Shown here: positions 45,332 to 48,610 of the stretch, piece by piece
How the letters are laid out: each line of letters begins with the position of its first letter
Numbering within the stretch: the first letter of the stretch is position 1
IMG/VR virus record: IMGVR_UViG_3300012953_000048
Location: 1-48,610 of that record
Source: a virus
Taxonomy: Duplodnaviria > Caudoviricetes
Reading direction: 5' to 3' (one strand)
Length of the DNA stretch: 48,610 bases
The notes under the pieces: model-generated
Told to the model about the DNA's origin: nothing
What the model saw: the letters and a program-made list of their open reading frames with translations, nothing else
The model's database searches: none
Program-made: the position numbers and the translations under genes

Positions 45332-45402
45332 GTCAACGTACCTTGTGACACTTTGATTAGTGGCACAGGGTTCCCCCATTTGTGGGTCGCCCGCCCTATA
45401 AT
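45332..45402 (+). promoter_or_regulatory. palindrome-type early promoter, copy 11
   Basis: GTCAACGTACCT + TGTGACACTTTGATTAGTGGCACA(45344-67); TATAAT 53 nt after motif start. Confidence 0.8.
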
Positions 45403-45429
45403 ATTAGTATAAGCAACAAACAAAGCACT

Positions 45430-45741
45430 ATGAGAAAAGTCGAAGCAACAATGAACTCAATGATCCGCAACGGTATTGCATGGTCAGATGGTAACACATG
45501 CACTACATACGATCAAAAAGGGAACTGCATGGTTTACCTACATGGCAATCATATAGCAACCGTAGGTAAGGGATTCATGGCAATCTTTGACGGTGGTTTT
45601 CAATCTAATACAACTAAATCTAGACTCAATGCACTTTTACAAGAGTTTAGACCACATACAAGAGTTTTCGCTAAAAACTTTCAATGGTTCATACAGGCAC
45701 ATAAAACAACAGTTCCATTTATCTCAGGGAGTCTAGTATAA
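45430..45741 (+). CDS. conserved hypothetical early protein
   Basis: MRKVE..M, W...NT, V.LHGNHIA, DGG.QSNTTKSRLNAL; the track's GTG 45382 lies inside the promoter. Confidence 0.78.
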   Translation: MRKVEATMNSMIRNGIAWSDGNTCTTYDQKGNCMVYLHGNHIATVGKGFMAIFDGGFQSNTTKSRLNALLQEFRPHTRVFAKNFQWFIQAHKTTVPFISGSLV

Positions 45742-45992
45742 TGACAACCTTGAATTTATATGAACAGATGTTCAACACCGTCTTATCTCTACATTTTGGG
45801 AGAACATTTTGGATAGATGACAATAATGACTTTTGTTCAGCACCAACTTTTAAGGACGGTTCTACACATTGGGAACAATGGGATTATGTTAGCGAGTGGA
45901 CAGATCTAGAAAATGTTAACCTTGAGAGACTTTTAGATGTTCATAAAACTTGCCTAGAATATAAAAACTATGGTGCGGAGGATTTTACCTAG
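45741..45992 (+). CDS. hypothetical early protein
   Basis: GGAG SD; TAATG coupling. Confidence 0.7.
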   Translation: MTTLNLYEQMFNTVLSLHFGRTFWIDDNNDFCSAPTFKDGSTHWEQWDYVSEWTDLENVNLERLLDVHKTCLEYKNYGAEDFT

Positions 45993-46210
45993 TGCATCAT
46001 GTTCTTTACGAGTGGTCGGAGTTAGTTGAACTAGACAAACACGTTACCCAATTAGAGAAGGGTATCGAAGCAATCAATCAAGCGATTAAATCATGTAATC
46101 TAACAGAAAACAAAGATTATACAGAACCACTATATAGAGTTAGGTCGGAATTGAATAAACAACTTAATGACATTCTAGCACAATTTCCTAATAGTAAACA
46201 ATGCAAGTAG
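45992..46210 (+). CDS. hypothetical coiled-coil early protein
   Basis: GGAGG SD; GTG start. Confidence 0.65.
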   Translation: MHHVLYEWSELVELDKHVTQLEKGIEAINQAIKSCNLTENKDYTEPLYRVRSELNKQLNDILAQFPNSKQCK

Positions 46211-46461
46211 GGGATACTATCACATTTAAAGGAGTGGAGGGATTCATTACTTTTAAATGTAAGGATTATATAACGTATTGCATACATCAGTATTTAAAGA
46301 GCGATGAAGAGCGACAACATTCCAGAAGACAATACACGCAAGTCAACATTCTCATCTACCGACATGAGTGGGGTATCATTAAAACAGCAACTAAAATATG
46401 TAAGGATAACGACAACGGAATTGACGTTAATGCTATGGGATTATTGGAGGAAGTGGTATAA
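46201..46461 (+). CDS. hypothetical early protein
   Basis: Overlaps previous gene; G..G.I.F.C..Y.T.C motif. Confidence 0.65.
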   Translation: MQVGDTITFKGVEGFITFKCKDYITYCIHQYLKSDEERQHSRRQYTQVNILIYRHEWGIIKTATKICKDNDNGIDVNAMGLLEEVV

Positions 46462-46610
46462 GAGACAAAACACGGAAAATAAATAAATATGTAAATAAAT
46501 CTGTTACAGTTCTGTATCTCTCGATTAATCTACGGACTTGTTGCACCCTTAGCACGCATCTCAACAGTTGTCAAGTGCTTTGAGCATATGCACACATTTC
46601 CAGTAAGGGG

Positions 46611-46640
46611 TTGACATTATGGGGATTTATGCCTTATAAT
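46611..46640 (+). promoter_or_regulatory. canonical sigma70-like promoter
   Basis: TTGACA-18 nt-TATAAT. Confidence 0.75.
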
Positions 46641-46669
46641 AACTCTGTAAGGGTTCAGAAAACAACGGT

Positions 46670-46897
46670 ATGCTTCAAACTAAATCTAAGATGGTCTACT
46701 CACTCTATAATGAACAGCATGAACTACTAGGACAGTTTAGTAGTATATACGAACTATCTACTTATGTTCATGATCTGAGAGTTGAGAGAGACGAATGGAG
46801 GGTACGGAAGAACCAGGATATAAGTACATTCGATTATATAAAGTCAATCGGATATACTTGGGACGTTGTTCCCAGTTCTCAAGTAGCAGAGGGTTGA
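46670..46897 (+). CDS. hypothetical protein
   Basis: Single ORF after the promoter. Confidence 0.65.
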   Translation: MLQTKSKMVYSLYNEQHELLGQFSSIYELSTYVHDLRVERDEWRVRKNQDISTFDYIKSIGYTWDVVPSSQVAEG

Positions 46898-46922
46898 CAA
46901 TGTAATTACCCTATGCTATAAT
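46894..46922 (+). promoter_or_regulatory. consensus sigma70-like promoter with extended -10
   Basis: TTGACA-17 nt-TATAAT with TG extension. Confidence 0.8.
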
Positions 46923-47112
46923 ATGAGTAAATCAGAGGTTTTTAAAATCATGTAACACTCACGGACAGCTATTAACGGATATTGGCAGTTATACGGGTCC
47001 CGTCATATATAAAAACGGCCACTACCCTAACCTACAAAGGTTCCCCAGACGTCTAGATATATTATTCGTATTTTCATTTACATCAACTTTAAAAAAATTT
47101 CGGAGAATAAAA

Positions 47113-47328
47113 ATGACCCCAGAGGACTACACAGGAAGACAAGATAAAAGAGTCTGGGCGATAGAGCAGTTAATAAGAATAGAAGGGTGTTTAGATAATA
47201 GAATGTATGAATGTGCAGATCATGCTGCATCTATCTACAATACTAAGAATAATGATTCACTATATACACTATGGATGGACTGGAAGAGAAATCACCCCAC
47301 TACCTATCCGAGAACAAATAGACTATAG
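47113..47328 (+). CDS. hypothetical protein
   Basis: GGAG SD; RMYECA motif. Confidence 0.7.
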   Translation: MTPEDYTGRQDKRVWAIEQLIRIEGCLDNRMYECADHAASIYNTKNNDSLYTLWMDWKRNHPTTYPRTNRL

Positions 47329-47337
47329 ATGAACATT

Positions 47338-47505
47338 ATGTCCCATAGATTCACACAAATACTAGAGGAAGATGACTTCGGTGATATGACACTCAATATT
47401 CCTTATGAACTGTGTCAAGAGATGGGTTGGAATGGAGGAACAGAAATACAGTACGCTCTAAGTGACGACGGTCAAAGTTTTATTTTAAAGAAGGTGAATG
47501 ACTGA
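47338..47505 (+). CDS. AbrB/MazE-like swapped-hairpin DNA-binding protein (55 aa), not in ORF track
   Basis: MSHRFTQILEEDDFGDMTLNIPYELCQEMGWNGGTEIQYALSDDGQSFILKKVND*; L.IP.E....GW..G..I pattern. Confidence 0.7.
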   Translation: MSHRFTQILEEDDFGDMTLNIPYELCQEMGWNGGTEIQYALSDDGQSFILKKVND

Positions 47506-47722
47506 AAACGATCAAACAGACATTTCTACAGCATTGAATGCTATTAATGATTGTTTAATTGCCCTTGGTAAACGTTTAGAGGCGGTAGAGAAGTATGTTT
47601 CAGAGATGCCAACCCCAGATAAGACCTACTATAAACCAGATGGTGAGACGGAGTATCTAAATATTAAGGGTAACTACGACCTGATATATAAACGTCTTAA
47701 GAAATTAGAGCATGGGATGTAA
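47498..47722 (+). CDS. hypothetical coiled-coil protein
   Basis: 74 aa; overlaps both neighbours. Confidence 0.7.
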   Translation: MTENDQTDISTALNAINDCLIALGKRLEAVEKYVSEMPTPDKTYYKPDGETEYLNIKGNYDLIYKRLKKLEHGM

Positions 47723-48610
47723 AATCACTGCTAGAGGACAGAATCCTATCTGTAACTCCAATAGTCTTAATACTGGTCATTGCTTTGGATTCGATCCTGA
47801 GGCAACAGGGCAGGTTGCGATAACTTATAATGAGTATCCTACTGCAACGATAAGAGATAATAGCGAGTATTACATACCAGGCAGAGATCATAACTTTGTC
47901 ATGTATAATGCTGTAGAGAAGTGTGTCAGTAGTGGTGGTACGTTTACTGTTACAAGTGGTGGATGTGGTAAAGTATTTAAAACACATAATTGTGACAGTA
48001 GTGAAGATTGTAGACTTACGTTTGATTATACCCCTTCAGCACTTTCTTTTGACTTTGCTTATTCAGACGCATGGTTCTCATACTTATATGATACGTCGAG
48101 TAAAGCGGGTCATGTAGGAACTCCTGCGTATTATATTGAAGATGAGGCGGTAACCACGACTGGCGGGTCTGGTGGAGGATATGGTGGTGATAATCAGGTT
48201 ACAAGTTCGAGGTGTATTCCTTGCACGAGTCAATTTACCTGTACCGCAGCGACCACAGATCTTAGATATACTGCACCAATAGATTATACGGGCGATCCCG
48301 ACTGCCCTCATCCAACTCTATTCGGGTTTGGAACCACATCTAACAAGATTGCTTTTAAGTATGATGCGCTATCCACACAGGTGCCGAACGGAGCGTTGGA
48401 CTTTGAGGTGGCAACAGTGGGTTCATCTACCTTTACTGATATATGGAATGAGAACCAATTACAAGGTACGCCATTTAAAGTCACCTCTCCTAATGATTGG
48501 GTAGTTGCTGACGAGGCAGGTGTAGAGGATTTTGAGATATATGACTTAAATGGAGCACAGATGACTTCTGGTTCTCCTAATTATAATAGTGCTTCTGCTA
48601 CAGGACTTAG
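47712..48610 (+). CDS. large Cys-containing virion structural protein, 3'-truncated by window end
   Basis: Open from ATG 47712 (MGCKITARGQNPICN..) to the end; Thr/Gly/Ser-rich; absent from track because no stop is reached. Confidence 0.75.
   Translation, partial: MGCKITARGQNPICNSNSLNTGHCFGFDPEATGQVAITYNEYPTATIRDNSEYYIPGRDHNFVMYNAVEKCVSSGGTFTVTSGGCGKVFKTHNCDSSEDCRLTFDYTPSALSFDFAYSDAWFSYLYDTSSKAGHVGTPAYYIEDEAVTTTGGSGGGYGGDNQVTSSRCIPCTSQFTCTAATTDLRYTAPIDYTGDPDCPHPTLFGFGTTSNKIAFKYDALSTQVPNGALDFEVATVGSSTFTDIWNENQLQGTPFKVTSPNDWVVADEAGVEDFEIYDLNGAQMTSGSPNYNSASATGL

Noticed and set aside
40769-45367. CRISPR array or true integron
   Set aside because: Repeats are degenerate, about 500-800 bp apart, separated by genes and tied to -10 boxes. 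No cas or integrase gene and no attC architecture is visible.
47697-48311. Track ORFs 47697-47987(-), 47923-48117(+) and 48084-48311(-)
   Set aside because: All overlap the long open frame starting at 47712, which explains the region better.
1-48610. Genome-wide stop-codon reassignment
   Set aside because: TAG, TGA and TAA all end genes at expected positions; only one internal TAG was seen.

Overview
AT-rich dsDNA segment of a T4-like marine cyanomyovirus (Kyanoviridae-type; a Prochlorococcus/Synechococcus host is inferred from cp12, cpeT and psbN). Layout: (i) 1-1310 small hypothetical genes; (ii) 1307-15575 baseplate/tail module (gp53, gp48, gp4, gp54-like, gp26, gp51, two paralogous tape-measure-like proteins, gp27-like hub, gp5) with cp12 and cpeT inserted; (iii) 15607-17703 small genes including a psbN missed by the ORF track; (iv) 17734-28802 tail-fibre/virion module with three tandem fibrinogen-like paralogues and a Gly-rich protein; (v) 28749-35919 a NodU-type carbamoyltransferase and seven of the eight 2OG-Fe(II) oxygenases; (vi) 35886-40768 a candidate structured ncRNA followed by a putative nuclease, N6-MTase, DGQHR-like protein, SF2 helicase and a second MTase; (vii) 40769-46922 small early genes separated by copies of a 24-bp palindrome promoter element (11 copies from 34487 to 45402); (viii) start of another virion module. 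Best leads: a candidate -1 frameshift joining gp26 to gp51, the ncRNA-nuclease-MTase unit, and the cassette-like early array. All calls come from reading motifs by eye; no searches were run.
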